Origin: Candidatus Woesebacteria bacterium RIFCSPHIGHO2_01_FULL_39_32
GTDB taxonomy: Bacteria > Patescibacteriota > Microgenomatia > UBA8517
Length of the DNA: 64,000 nt
Direction: 5' to 3'
Assembly: GCA_001792345.1 (NCBI GenBank)
Contig: MGGJ01000001.1
Coordinates: 292,688-356,687 of the forward strand
Under the pieces are notes generated by a model. That model was not told where the DNA came from, searched no databases, and saw only the letters and a program-made list of their open reading frames with translations. This document shows, piece by piece, positions 29,067-39,045 of the stretch. Position 1 is the stretch's first letter. The number at the start of each line of letters is the position of its first letter. Position numbers and translations under genes: made by a program.

Positions 29067-30011
29067 ATGAAAGTATCTATCTGCATTACCGTTTTTAATG
29101 AAGAGAAAAGTATAAAAAAACTGCTGGAGAGTTTGTTAAATCAGAGCAAAAAGGCAGACGAAATCGTAATAGTTGACGGTGGATCAAAAGACAGGACAGC
29201 AGAGATAATACGCCATCTCCAGAAAAAAAATCAAAAGATAAAACTTCTTATTGAAAGATGTACAAGAGCTAGGGGAAGAAATTTGTCCGTTGATTTGGCA
29301 AAAAACGAAATAATAGCTATTACGGATGCTGATTGTACTGCAAGAAAAGATTGGCTTGAAAATGTCACGGAACCTTTTACAAATTCTAAAGTGGATGTGG
29401 TAGCAGGTTTTTACCACATGATTGCTGAGAATTCTTTCCAGAAAGCAGAGTCGGTTTTTTTGGGAGTTCTACCATCAAGGTTTGATATGAATTTTCTGCC
29501 TTCCACAAGATCTATGGCTTTTCGAAAAAAAATTTGGGAGGAGATTGGGGGATTTCCGGAGCGGGATAATAATTCTGCGGAGGATACAGATTTTAACTAT
29601 AGAGCAATAAAACTTGGAGCTAAATATGAGGCCGTAAAAGATGCGCAAGTAGAGTGGAGGATACCTAGTTCATATAGCGTATTTGTTAAAAAAATTTATT
29701 CTTATGCAAAATGGGATGCGGATTATGGTATATGGTGGCATCCGGCTAAAGGTCTTTCGTCGCACAATATAAAAGCGGTTTTAATATTTGTACGCTATCT
29801 GTTGGGTGGAATTTTATTGTTTTACGGTTTTTATAATCCTCTGATACTTTTGGTACCTTTAATACTTTTGACACTTTACATTTTCTGGTCTTTTCGCAAA
29901 GTCTATGTCGAGTATAGAGACTGGAAAGCTGGATTATGGGGAATAGTTTTGCAATTTACTTCCGACTTTTCTGTTATGTTCGGCTTTCTGAAGGGTTTGG
30001 CGCTCAACTGA
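29067..30011 (+). CDS. glycosyltransferase family 2 with C-terminal TM helices
   Basis: SICITVFNEE...IVIVDGGSKD...DADC. Confidence 0.85.
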   Translation: MKVSICITVFNEEKSIKKLLESLLNQSKKADEIVIVDGGSKDRTAEIIRHLQKKNQKIKLLIERCTRARGRNLSVDLAKNEIIAITDADCTARKDWLENVTEPFTNSKVDVVAGFYHMIAENSFQKAESVFLGVLPSRFDMNFLPSTRSMAFRKKIWEEIGGFPERDNNSAEDTDFNYRAIKLGAKYEAVKDAQVEWRIPSSYSVFVKKIYSYAKWDADYGIWWHPAKGLSSHNIKAVLIFVRYLLGGILLFYGFYNPLILLVPLILLTLYIFWSFRKVYVEYRDWKAGLWGIVLQFTSDFSVMFGFLKGLALN

Positions 30012-30099
30012 ACAAATCGAATCCGTTTTGGGGAGGCTAATAGGATTCGAACTATTCTAATTACTCCAATACCAATTTTGCTGGTAAAATCAATGTGTA

Positions 30100-31326
30100 G
30101 TGGGATATTTTAAAGATACAATAAAGGGTATTTCGTGGATGGGGGCTTTAAGAGGAACTACTCGTGCAATCGCTTTTATCAAAATAGGATTTTTGGCACG
30201 AATTTTGAGTCCTTTTGAGTTTGGTCTCTTTGGAATAGCTTCTTTAGTTTTGGCTTTTCTGGAAATATTAACAGAAACAGGAATTAATGCTTTTCTTGTT
30301 CAGGAAGAATCCGACATTAAAGAATATATTAACTCTGCATGGATTGTTTCTTTAGTTCGAGGTTTTTTAATCGCGTTCCTAATTTTAATTTTAGCAATAC
30401 CGGTATCAACTTTTTTCAACTCTCCCGAATCCATTAGATTGCTCTTTCTGATAAGCACAGTTCCTTTTCTACGAGGTTTTATAAATCCTGCAGTTGTCAA
30501 TTTTCAAAAGAAACTTCAATTTAATAAGGAATTCAATTTCCGTTTGACAATATTCACATTTGATGCAATTGTTACGATTTTTTTAGCAATTTTACTGAAA
30601 TCGGCGGAGAGTTTGGTTTGGGGCATGATTGCAGGATCACTACTAGAGATTATTTTATCTTGGTTATTGGTGCGACCATTACCGAGGTTTAATATTGAAT
30701 CTGTCAAAGTTAAAAAAGTATTTCAGAGGGGTAAATGGATTACTCTTGCAGGAATTTTTGATTATTTATTCCACAATATTGACGACGCCCTTGTAGGTAG
30801 GTTGATAAACACAACATCGCTCGGCCTTTATCAAATTGCTTACAAAATATCTACTTTACCAATAACGGAAGGTGGAGAGGTTGTGAGTAAGGTGGTATTC
30901 CCAGTTTATACAAGAATTTATGGAGACAGAGAAAGACTTAGAACTGCATATTTTAAAGTTTTGGGGTCAATTACTCTAGTGACAATACCTTTCGGATTAT
31001 TTCTTATTATTTTTGCAGAACCATTTGTATTATTATTTTTGGGTTCAAAATGGCTGGAAATAATACCTGCCCTAAAGGTTTTATCAGTATTTGGTGTAGT
31101 TAGAGCTATTTCAGGGTCAACTTCGGCACTCTTCCTGGCAATTAAAAAGCAGGAGTATATAACATTAGTTACCTTTGTGAGTATTGCAGGACTTTCCATG
31201 ACGGCCTTGCCTTTAATAAGCAGATTCGGCATGTTGGGGGCTGCGTATGCATCATTGATTGGTGCATTCGTGTCGATTCCTGTCATGTTTCACTTCGCGA
31301 GGAAGGTTCTTTATGAGAAGGGTTAA
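30100..31326 (+). CDS. Wzx-type oligosaccharide flippase (PST/MOP family)
   Basis: 12-TM protein with a polysaccharide-biosynthesis-protein N-terminus (…IAFIKIGFLARILSPFEFGLFG…). Confidence 0.8.
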   Translation: MGYFKDTIKGISWMGALRGTTRAIAFIKIGFLARILSPFEFGLFGIASLVLAFLEILTETGINAFLVQEESDIKEYINSAWIVSLVRGFLIAFLILILAIPVSTFFNSPESIRLLFLISTVPFLRGFINPAVVNFQKKLQFNKEFNFRLTIFTFDAIVTIFLAILLKSAESLVWGMIAGSLLEIILSWLLVRPLPRFNIESVKVKKVFQRGKWITLAGIFDYLFHNIDDALVGRLINTTSLGLYQIAYKISTLPITEGGEVVSKVVFPVYTRIYGDRERLRTAYFKVLGSITLVTIPFGLFLIIFAEPFVLLFLGSKWLEIIPALKVLSVFGVVRAISGSTSALFLAIKKQEYITLVTFVSIAGLSMTALPLISRFGMLGAAYASLIGAFVSIPVMFHFARKVLYEKG

Positions 31327-32152
31327 CCCCAAGCATTATTCAGAAGAGTATTACCTGACTGACGCTTCTGGATATGATGAGTTCAAAATATCGTGGGGAA
31401 AAATTCTAGAACCTAGACTTAGCAGGATAGCTAAAGAAATACCATCTGTTTACGGAAGAAAAGTTTTGGATATCGGGTGCGGGAGAGGTGAATTAGCATT
31501 TTGGTCTGCAAGAAATGGGGCGAAGGAAGTCGTTGGAATTGATTATTCAAGAAATGCAATAAAATTAGCCAACGAAGCAAAAAAACATTATTCAAGAGCA
31601 GTACAAAAGAAAGTTACTTTTAAGATTGGCGATGCAAAAAATCTTAGATTTAAAAACAACGGGTTTGAGGTTGTTATTTTAACAGAAGTCTTAGAACACC
31701 TATACCCTGAAGAACAGTTGATAGTTTTCCAACAAATACGACGAATCTTAACGGATGGCGGATTTGTATTTATACATGCTGCTCCAAGTAAGTGGTTCAA
31801 TGATTTTACTTATCGCTTTTGGTGTTATCCCTTAAGTACAATCATCGTTGGGGTAAATAATTTAATGACCAATGGGGATTACGGAAACTTAGATAAACCC
31901 TTAAAAATAAGAACTCGTTATCACAAAATTATGCATGTAAATGAGCCAAACTATTTTTCATTGAAAAGAATTTTCAAAGAAAGTGGCTTTGAAGGTAAAA
32001 TACGATCAACTAATATCACAATAAACAAACCTGAAATAACGTGGAAAGATAAATTATTTAATTTCCTTGTCTTCCTTTATCCTTTAAGTAAAAATGTTCC
32101 GTTTAATATTCTCTGGGGTAATGACTATTTTGCTGTTCTTAGGAAAAAATGA
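31313..32152 (+). CDS. class I SAM-dependent methyltransferase
   Basis: VLDIGCGRGELAF, FEVVILTEVLEHL; start trimmed to the internal Met. Confidence 0.8.
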   Translation: MRRVNPKHYSEEYYLTDASGYDEFKISWGKILEPRLSRIAKEIPSVYGRKVLDIGCGRGELAFWSARNGAKEVVGIDYSRNAIKLANEAKKHYSRAVQKKVTFKIGDAKNLRFKNNGFEVVILTEVLEHLYPEEQLIVFQQIRRILTDGGFVFIHAAPSKWFNDFTYRFWCYPLSTIIVGVNNLMTNGDYGNLDKPLKIRTRYHKIMHVNEPNYFSLKRIFKESGFEGKIRSTNITINKPEITWKDKLFNFLVFLYPLSKNVPFNILWGNDYFAVLRKK

Positions 32153-32976
32153 TAGACGAAAAGATAGTTTTATTGCAGGATGAAAAAAACATTAATAAAG
32201 TTGTAAAAGATTTTGTTGATGATTTTTGGTTTGTTCCACAAGATGTTTTGTTAAGATCCGTAGAAACACTTATTTGGGCAAAAAGATATTTTGAACCCCC
32301 AGTTTTAGATATCGGGATTGGGAATGGTTCGAATAGTAAGCATCTTTTTTCAATGAATCAGATTATTGATGTGGGAATTGATAACGACCCCAAAGGGGTT
32401 AAACTCGCCAAAAATTGTGGAATGTATAGAAAAGTTGAAGTTGTTGATGCAACGAAAATGACTCTTAAGTCTTCTTCGTTTAACACAGTAGTTAGTAATA
32501 GTACCTTTGAACATATAGCAAATGATTTAAGTGCGGTTGCCGAGGTGTCTAGGGTGCTGAAAGACAACGGTTTGTTTTATTTAACTGTTCCCTCGCCTGA
32601 GCATATAAAATTTCTTCAAGACTTAGGTGTCAATAAGTTTGAGTTAGATAAATATAACGAAAGAGTTGACCACTTTCATTTCAGAAGTAAAAATGAATGG
32701 GGAAAAATCTTTCTAGATAATGGTTTAAAAATTATCTTCCATGAAACATATTTTCCAAAGAAAGTTGTTAATATCTGGTATAAGTTACATAAAATCGCGA
32801 CATTCCGACCTTATAAAAGGGAGTTGTGGTCTTACTTAAAAGACTCACCTTACGGGAAGCTATTTCCAGTTGTTATTGTTAAACCATTGTTAACACAATT
32901 AATTAGTAAAAATGTAAAGATTTCTTACAAAAGTAAGGGTGCAATGCAGTTTTTTATTACCCAAAAAATCAAATGA
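32149..32976 (+). CDS. class I SAM-dependent methyltransferase (Methyltransf_11-like)
   Basis: VLDIGIGNGSN, FNTVVSNSTFEHI, NGLFYLTVP. Confidence 0.8.
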   Translation: MIDEKIVLLQDEKNINKVVKDFVDDFWFVPQDVLLRSVETLIWAKRYFEPPVLDIGIGNGSNSKHLFSMNQIIDVGIDNDPKGVKLAKNCGMYRKVEVVDATKMTLKSSSFNTVVSNSTFEHIANDLSAVAEVSRVLKDNGLFYLTVPSPEHIKFLQDLGVNKFELDKYNERVDHFHFRSKNEWGKIFLDNGLKIIFHETYFPKKVVNIWYKLHKIATFRPYKRELWSYLKDSPYGKLFPVVIVKPLLTQLISKNVKISYKSKGAMQFFITQKIK

Positions 32977-34091
32977 AATTGGCAGTTTTTCACAACCTTC
33001 CGTTCGGCGGCGCTGACAGAACTTTATATGAACAACTTAAATATTTATCCGATAACCACGTAATTCATTTGTATTTATTAAGTTTTAAAAGCAAAGAAAA
33101 TAAATTAACAAAATTTGCAGACAAAGTTTACGTTTATAATTTTGAAGTAAACAGTCTCCTTCCATCGTTCTTAAACAGATTAGAGAAAGATGTTGATAAT
33201 TTTATTAATTTAAAATTTGTTCAAAAAAAAATAGCAGATGATATTAATAGAAGGTATTATGATGCAGTATTAGTTCACAGCGATATGTATACAGAGGCTC
33301 CTTTCCTCCTTCGTTATTTGAAAATTCCCAATGTATACCATTGTCACGAGTTACTGAGAATTGCTTATGAAAGAGTATTGAAATTTAATGACAATACTTC
33401 TTTTTATAAGCGAATCTACGAAAGTCTTACCAGGAAGATTCGCAAAGACATAGACAAAAGAAACGCAAAGGCTTCTGACTATATACTGACAAGTTCCTAC
33501 TATATTGCCGACAAAGTCAGAAGTACTTATGAAAAAGAACCGTTTACATGTCACCTCGGTGTGGATTCAAATGTATTTAGAAAAAAAAACTCAAAAAAAA
33601 TTCCGCAAATATTATTTATTGGAGGAAGAAATAAATTAAAAGGCTATTATTTAGCTAGGAAAGCATTCGATATAGTTGAACAAAAACATAAAGCGAATTT
33701 AAAAGTTTTGGGTTACGGTAAAGGGGACTTTACGATTAGCGATGATAATGAATTAGCGGAAGAATATTCTCGCTCGGTCGCGACTTTGTGTAGTGCATAT
33801 TCCGAACCATTCGGTTTAGTTGCTCTAGAATCTATGTCATGCGAAACACCCGTTCTTGCTGTGAATGAGGGCGGCTATAAGGAATCTGTGATTGATGGTA
33901 AAACCGGATTTCTGTTGAAACGTAATGCAAAAGAATTTGCTAATAAGATTATTTACTTAATAGAGCATCCGAAAATTGTTAAAAGTATGGGGAAGGCAGG
34001 TAGAAAACATGTAATTAATAACTTTAGCTGGGAAAAACACGGCGCATGCGTTGAAAAACATCTATTGAAAATAGCTGGTAAGGAAAAATGA
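32973..34091 (+). CDS. glycosyltransferase family 1 (GT4)
   Basis: EPFGLVALESMSCETPVLAVNEGGYKE...GKTGFL. Confidence 0.85.
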   Translation: MKLAVFHNLPFGGADRTLYEQLKYLSDNHVIHLYLLSFKSKENKLTKFADKVYVYNFEVNSLLPSFLNRLEKDVDNFINLKFVQKKIADDINRRYYDAVLVHSDMYTEAPFLLRYLKIPNVYHCHELLRIAYERVLKFNDNTSFYKRIYESLTRKIRKDIDKRNAKASDYILTSSYYIADKVRSTYEKEPFTCHLGVDSNVFRKKNSKKIPQILFIGGRNKLKGYYLARKAFDIVEQKHKANLKVLGYGKGDFTISDDNELAEEYSRSVATLCSAYSEPFGLVALESMSCETPVLAVNEGGYKESVIDGKTGFLLKRNAKEFANKIIYLIEHPKIVKSMGKAGRKHVINNFSWEKHGACVEKHLLKIAGKEK

Positions 34092-36289
34092 CGAAATCAA
34101 AAGTTTCTTTTATTATCGTTTTCTATAAACATTTGCGTTTGATGAACAAGTGTTTAAGCTCAATTAGACGAAGTAAATCGAAAATTAAATACGAAGTTAT
34201 AGTAGTTGACAATAGCGAATCGGGTATATCTGAAAATAAATTAAAATACCCTAGAGGCATACGATATATAAAAAGCCCTAGAAATGTCGGGTATGGGGCA
34301 GGAAATAATTTAGGTGAAAGACAAGCAAAAGGAGAATATATTTTCATCCTAAACCCCGATACTGAATTAAGTCCCAAAGCATTAGATAATCTGGTTTCGT
34401 TTTTAGATAAACACAAAGATGTTGCCATTGTTGCACCTAATCTTATTCACGAAACCGGCAAAGTTTTTGAGGATATAGGCACGAGTGCTTTAACTCCTTT
34501 GAGAGCTATTTTCGGGCTATCTTTCATAAACAAAGTTTTTTCGAGAAATAGAATCTCCCGAGGATATTGGTTAAAAGATATTCCCAAAAATAAAATGCGT
34601 GAAGTCGATGTTGTTCCGGGTTCTGCTTTTCTGATTCGGAAAAGTATTTTTGAAAAAATTGGGGGGTTCGATGAAAATTTCTTTTTATACTTTGAGGAAA
34701 ACGATTTGTGTAAAAGAGTTAAAGATTTGGGATATAAAATTTATATGATTCCCGAGGCGGAAGTAATTCATTACTGGAAACCTGCTGAGGGCGGTGAGAA
34801 ACATAAAAAAATATTTGAAAAAAGCCGATTTTATCATTTTAAAAAACATTTTGGAATATTTAGTGCACTATTCGTAGAGGCCTTTTTAAGACTTAATAAA
34901 AGAAGTGCGATATTATTATCAGCTCTAGCAGTGGCTTCATTTTTACGCTTTTATAGATTATCGGAATTAATGGCTTTTATTGGAGATTTTGGATGGTACT
35001 ACCTTTCTGCGCGGGATTTTTTACTGACCGGTAATATTCCTTTGGTCGGGATCCCTTCTAGCGTGCCGATTTTAAGCCAGGGAGCGATATTTACTTGGCT
35101 TTTGGCGGGAACACTCAAATTATTTAACTTTAATCCTGTATCGGGAGCATACTTAACGTCCTTTCTAGGAGTAATATCTACCTTTTTAACATTTAAGCTC
35201 GTTTCTGAATGGTTTGGCAAGAGAGTTGGGCTTATTGCTTGCCTAATTACCGCAACTTCACCCTTTATGGTCGAAATTGATCGACTCCCTTTCGTCGTCG
35301 GACCGATTTACTTACTTACTCTTTTTGCTGCTTGGTCTTTTACACAAATAAACAAAAAAAATTCAAAACACTTCTTTTTTTTGGGCCTTTGGCTAGCGAT
35401 ACTTTATCAATTTGAGTTGGCGGGATTTATTTTATTACCAATAATTATTCTTGCCTTCTTGTGGAACAAGATTCAAATAAAAAGAAAACAAATCCTCCGC
35501 TTTATTTTAGGTGGACTAGTAGGATTACTTCCGTTTATTATTTACGACCTGCAAAAAGGTGTTTATTTACAAACCTTGGGTTTTTTGGGCTGGTTTGCTA
35601 CCAAAATCTTCGAGGGTTTTACCTCTATCTTTACAGGGGGAAGAAACGTTGTCCCATTTACTCCTTTTGTTTCTTTCTTGCAAAGATTTATATATCCAAA
35701 TTCAGATAATTTTGCTCTAGCGATAATATCTTTTGCAATACTTTTTTTCCTTAATAAATTTAAAAAACAAAAAAAGTCAGTATTTGCTAACAAATTTATT
35801 TTATTGTGGCTTTTCATAACCATATTAGGTTTTTTTATAAGAGGAGTTTTTTCCGAAGCTTATATGCCGCTCACTTATCTACCCATCATAGTGATAATGT
35901 CTTTACTTTTTAATTTTCTGATTGAAAAACTTAAACGAGCTGGTTTTATAATACTTACGATTATTATTGTCGGAAATATTTGGTTTTTATTAAATAATAA
36001 TTTTATTTCTGAGAAGCGTGATTATATTACTTTTAAACAAAGGTTGGAAACAGTTGATTTCATTATTGAAGACACTAAAAATGAGAACTTTGATCTTGTT
36101 TTTCGAGGGCCAGGATATATGTTCCACTCGGCAGATAACCATTATCAGTATTTACTTTGGTGGAAAGGGAACGAACCGGTCAAAAATTCCGAAAAGTCTT
36201 ACGCAATTTTCGAATATCCATATAGTTCACTCAAAAAGTTTGAGAAAGTGTTCGATAAAGGCTATGTTAAAGTTGGGGTACGAAAATGA
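34088..36289 (+). CDS. fusion protein: N-terminal GT2 glycosyltransferase plus C-terminal GT-C-like polytopic membrane domain
   Basis: SFIIVFYKHL...IVVDNSE...NVGYGAGNN (GT2), then roughly 11 TM helices (…GDFGWYYLSARDF…). Confidence 0.8.
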   Translation: MTKSKVSFIIVFYKHLRLMNKCLSSIRRSKSKIKYEVIVVDNSESGISENKLKYPRGIRYIKSPRNVGYGAGNNLGERQAKGEYIFILNPDTELSPKALDNLVSFLDKHKDVAIVAPNLIHETGKVFEDIGTSALTPLRAIFGLSFINKVFSRNRISRGYWLKDIPKNKMREVDVVPGSAFLIRKSIFEKIGGFDENFFLYFEENDLCKRVKDLGYKIYMIPEAEVIHYWKPAEGGEKHKKIFEKSRFYHFKKHFGIFSALFVEAFLRLNKRSAILLSALAVASFLRFYRLSELMAFIGDFGWYYLSARDFLLTGNIPLVGIPSSVPILSQGAIFTWLLAGTLKLFNFNPVSGAYLTSFLGVISTFLTFKLVSEWFGKRVGLIACLITATSPFMVEIDRLPFVVGPIYLLTLFAAWSFTQINKKNSKHFFFLGLWLAILYQFELAGFILLPIIILAFLWNKIQIKRKQILRFILGGLVGLLPFIIYDLQKGVYLQTLGFLGWFATKIFEGFTSIFTGGRNVVPFTPFVSFLQRFIYPNSDNFALAIISFAILFFLNKFKKQKKSVFANKFILLWLFITILGFFIRGVFSEAYMPLTYLPIIVIMSLLFNFLIEKLKRAGFIILTIIIVGNIWFLLNNNFISEKRDYITFKQRLETVDFIIEDTKNENFDLVFRGPGYMFHSADNHYQYLLWWKGNEPVKNSEKSYAIFEYPYSSLKKFEKVFDKGYVKVGVRK

Positions 36290-36340
36290 TAAAAAAATTT
36301 CTTTTTAAATAAATTTTTGTAGCATACAAATTTTAAAACT

Positions 36341-37105
36341 ATGGCAAATTTGTCTGTTAGCGCAGTTGTATTAACCAAAAACGAAGAGAGTAACATCAAA
36401 GATTGTATTGAATCTTTGAAATTTTGTGATGAAATAATAGTAGTTGATGATAACTCGAAAGATGAGACAACATCAATTGCAGAAAAACTTGGTGCCAAAG
36501 TCTATAAAAGGTATATGGATATGAATTATTCAGAACAAAGCAATTTCGGAATGGAGAAAGCGCAGAATAAATGGGTTTTATTTTTGGATGCTGATGAGCG
36601 GATAACTGATAATCTCTCGAAAGATATAGTTAATACGCTTGGGAGAAACGAACAAATTAAGGGCTACTATTTCAGAAGGGTAGATTATATGTGGGGTTCT
36701 TGGCTAAAACATGGTGAATCGGGGTATTCAACGGTTCTACGGCTAGTAAGGAAAGGGTCCGGAAACTGGGTAAGAAGGGTCCACCCACGCTTTGAAATTA
36801 GAGGTCGGACCTCTGAATTTTCTTACCCAATAAAACATTATCCTCATCAGAGTGTAGGAGCGTTTATTGAGTCTGTGGATAGGTGGTCAACTTGGCATGC
36901 GGTAGCAAATAATGAGGAAGGCAAAAGTTCATCGGTCATTAAAATTTTGTTTTGGCCGGCGGCGCATTTTGTGAAAAATTTCATAATACGAATGGGATTT
37001 CTGGACGGTATACAAGGATTTGTCTTTGCTATTGTTATGAGTTTTCACTCATATTTGGCCTGGAGTAAACTATGGATGCTTCAAAAAAGATTTATCAAAA
37101 ACTAG
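36341..37105 (+). CDS. glycosyltransferase family 2
   Basis: VSAVVLTKNEESNI...IIVVDDNSKDET...LDADE. Confidence 0.85.
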   Translation: MANLSVSAVVLTKNEESNIKDCIESLKFCDEIIVVDDNSKDETTSIAEKLGAKVYKRYMDMNYSEQSNFGMEKAQNKWVLFLDADERITDNLSKDIVNTLGRNEQIKGYYFRRVDYMWGSWLKHGESGYSTVLRLVRKGSGNWVRRVHPRFEIRGRTSEFSYPIKHYPHQSVGAFIESVDRWSTWHAVANNEEGKSSSVIKILFWPAAHFVKNFIIRMGFLDGIQGFVFAIVMSFHSYLAWSKLWMLQKRFIKN

Positions 37106-38256
37106 GTGTAGGAATAGTTTTTTTATATTTATTATTCTACCCTTTCGGTCAGCTACTTCGTTTTAACTTTCAGCTAACGAGTGAGGAAATCCCAATACAC
37201 GCCGTTGATATAATAGCTTTGATATCTATTCCTTTAATTATAGTGGCCCGATCTAAAAAACCTAATATAGACCGTGCAATAAAATCCTTTCTAATAATCG
37301 CTTTTTTTTCAAACGTACTGTCCTTATATTTTTTTCCGCTGAATGAAGTTTTAGTGAATTCACTTTATTTATTAAGAATTTTTGCTTACTACTCATTTTT
37401 CGTATTAGTGTGGAACCTGATTGTCAGAAAGGCGTTAGATAAAAAGATACTTTACGCTGGTCTAATTTCATTGTCAGTTTTTGCAGCGATATTCGGTTGG
37501 ATTCAGTATTTTTGGCTACCAGATCTCACCTCGCTTAAATATATTGGATGGGATGATCATTTATACCGACTTGTCGGGACGTATTTAGATCCAGGATTTA
37601 CAGGTATTATCCTTGTTATGGGTTTTTTATTGGTTAGTAATTTGTTTTTGCAAGAGAAAGGGAAGTATCAGTTGGTAATTGCTTTTTTTCTTTTTATCTC
37701 GGTTCTTTTCACTTACTCTCGCGCATCATACCTGGCGCTATTATTAGGAATGTTCACATTGGCTTGGTTGAAGAAAAAGAAAAAACTGCTAACTTTAATG
37801 GTTCTTGCATTTATTTTCATTGTTCCACTTTTACCCCGGCCGAAAAGTGAAGGTGCTAGGCTTGAGCGAACCCAAAGTGTTTATGCAAGATTAAATAACT
37901 ACAGACAGACCTTTTCAATAATTAGCGAATACCCGCTATTTGGAGTAGGTTTTAATAACATCTGTAGTGCTCGTATTGAAATGTTCGGAGGAAGTAATGA
38001 CTCACATGCCTGTAGTGGCGCCGATTCGAGTTTGCTTTTTGTGACCGCAACAACGGGAGTTTTAGGTTTAATAACCTTTTTATATATGGGTTTAAAAGTA
38101 TTTAACAGTATTAATTTTGATTTGTATCGGAACACTTTTCTAACACTGGCATTTACAATTGTTGGTCATAGTTTTTTCGTTAACAGTATGTTTTATCCTT
38201 GGGTAATGGGGTTTATGGCAATCCTCTTTGCTTGCGCGATTAAGGAGCATACGTAA
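37072..38256 (+). CDS. O-antigen ligase / Wzy-like polymerase family membrane protein
   Basis: LFTYSRASYLALLLG and PLFGVGFNN...H...SLLF motifs of the Wzy_C domain. Confidence 0.75.
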   Translation: MDASKKIYQKLGVGIVFLYLLFYPFGQLLRFNFQLTSEEIPIHAVDIIALISIPLIIVARSKKPNIDRAIKSFLIIAFFSNVLSLYFFPLNEVLVNSLYLLRIFAYYSFFVLVWNLIVRKALDKKILYAGLISLSVFAAIFGWIQYFWLPDLTSLKYIGWDDHLYRLVGTYLDPGFTGIILVMGFLLVSNLFLQEKGKYQLVIAFFLFISVLFTYSRASYLALLLGMFTLAWLKKKKKLLTLMVLAFIFIVPLLPRPKSEGARLERTQSVYARLNNYRQTFSIISEYPLFGVGFNNICSARIEMFGGSNDSHACSGADSSLLFVTATTGVLGLITFLYMGLKVFNSINFDLYRNTFLTLAFTIVGHSFFVNSMFYPWVMGFMAILFACAIKEHT

Positions 38257-38944
38257 CTTTAAGGTTTTTTTCAACCTTATTTCTGGCTTCGTCTTCGGCT
38301 TTAACTGTAAAATTATTTTGGCCTTCTGAAAGAGTTGTTACGAAAGAAAAGGTTCCGTCGCTCTCTACAACAACCACTCTATCGTTTATTTGAACTTTGG
38401 CGTTTTCTTCAACCTTTCCTTCAATAATTAACTGCCGCTGACGAGATCCGAAAAACTCTGATTCATCTTCTGGTTTTGAGATTTCTAAACTGGGTTCGTC
38501 ATTATCTAAAATAATTTCTGTTTCGGTTTTTTGGCTAACATTACCTGAATTATCTTTTGCATAAGCAACAATAATATTTATACCTTCCGAAAGATTTATC
38601 GTTAAAAGAAATCTTCCCTGACTATTGGCAAGTACTTCTTCTTTTTTGCCGTTAACCGTAATATTTACAGTTGATCCTGCTTCAGTTGAACCTTTTAATT
38701 CAAGGCTGTCTTGATTAGTAGCGGATGGTTGCGAATCGAATCTTGGTGGTGGTGGAGGAGTGGAATCTGAGACCTCTACCTCTTCCGAACCGCGTCTTAA
38801 GTCAAGCAAAAAGGCAGAGAATTTTGCAGCACCAGTAAGCCCGTAGAAAAAAATAAGTATAATTAATCCCAATGTTATTACAATTAATGTATAAGCTCTT
38901 TTCTTATTCTTCCTCTCTTCGATTGTAAGTCGTCTTGAGTACAT
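38240..38944 (-). CDS. membrane-anchored protein with Pro-rich linker and two Ig-like (Big-type) domains
   Basis: N-terminal TM helix, PPPPPRF, two repeats ...VNGKKEEVLANSQGRF... / ...INDRVVVVESDGTFSF... Confidence 0.55.
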   Translation of the reverse strand: MYSRRLTIEERKNKKRAYTLIVITLGLIILIFFYGLTGAAKFSAFLLDLRRGSEEVEVSDSTPPPPPRFDSQPSATNQDSLELKGSTEAGSTVNITVNGKKEEVLANSQGRFLLTINLSEGINIIVAYAKDNSGNVSQKTETEIILDNDEPSLEISKPEDESEFFGSRQRQLIIEGKVEENAKVQINDRVVVVESDGTFSFVTTLSEGQNNFTVKAEDEARNKVEKNLKVTYAP

Positions 38945-38948
38945 AAAG

Positions 38949-39021
38949 AGCCAGGAGTGGGAATTGAACCCACGACCTCGGCTTTACGAAAGCCTTGCTC
39001 TACCGTCTGAGCTATCCTGGC
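38949..39021 (-). tRNA. tRNA-Thr (anticodon CGT)
   Basis: GCCAGGATAGCTCAGACGGTAGAGCAAGGCTTTCGTAAAGCCGAGGTCGTGGGTTCAATTCCCACTCCTGGCT: 7-bp acceptor, T-loop TTCAATT, anticodon loop TTCGTAA; no CCA encoded. Confidence 0.85.
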
Positions 39022-39045
39022 GCATAGCAATTATACCACTGAAGT

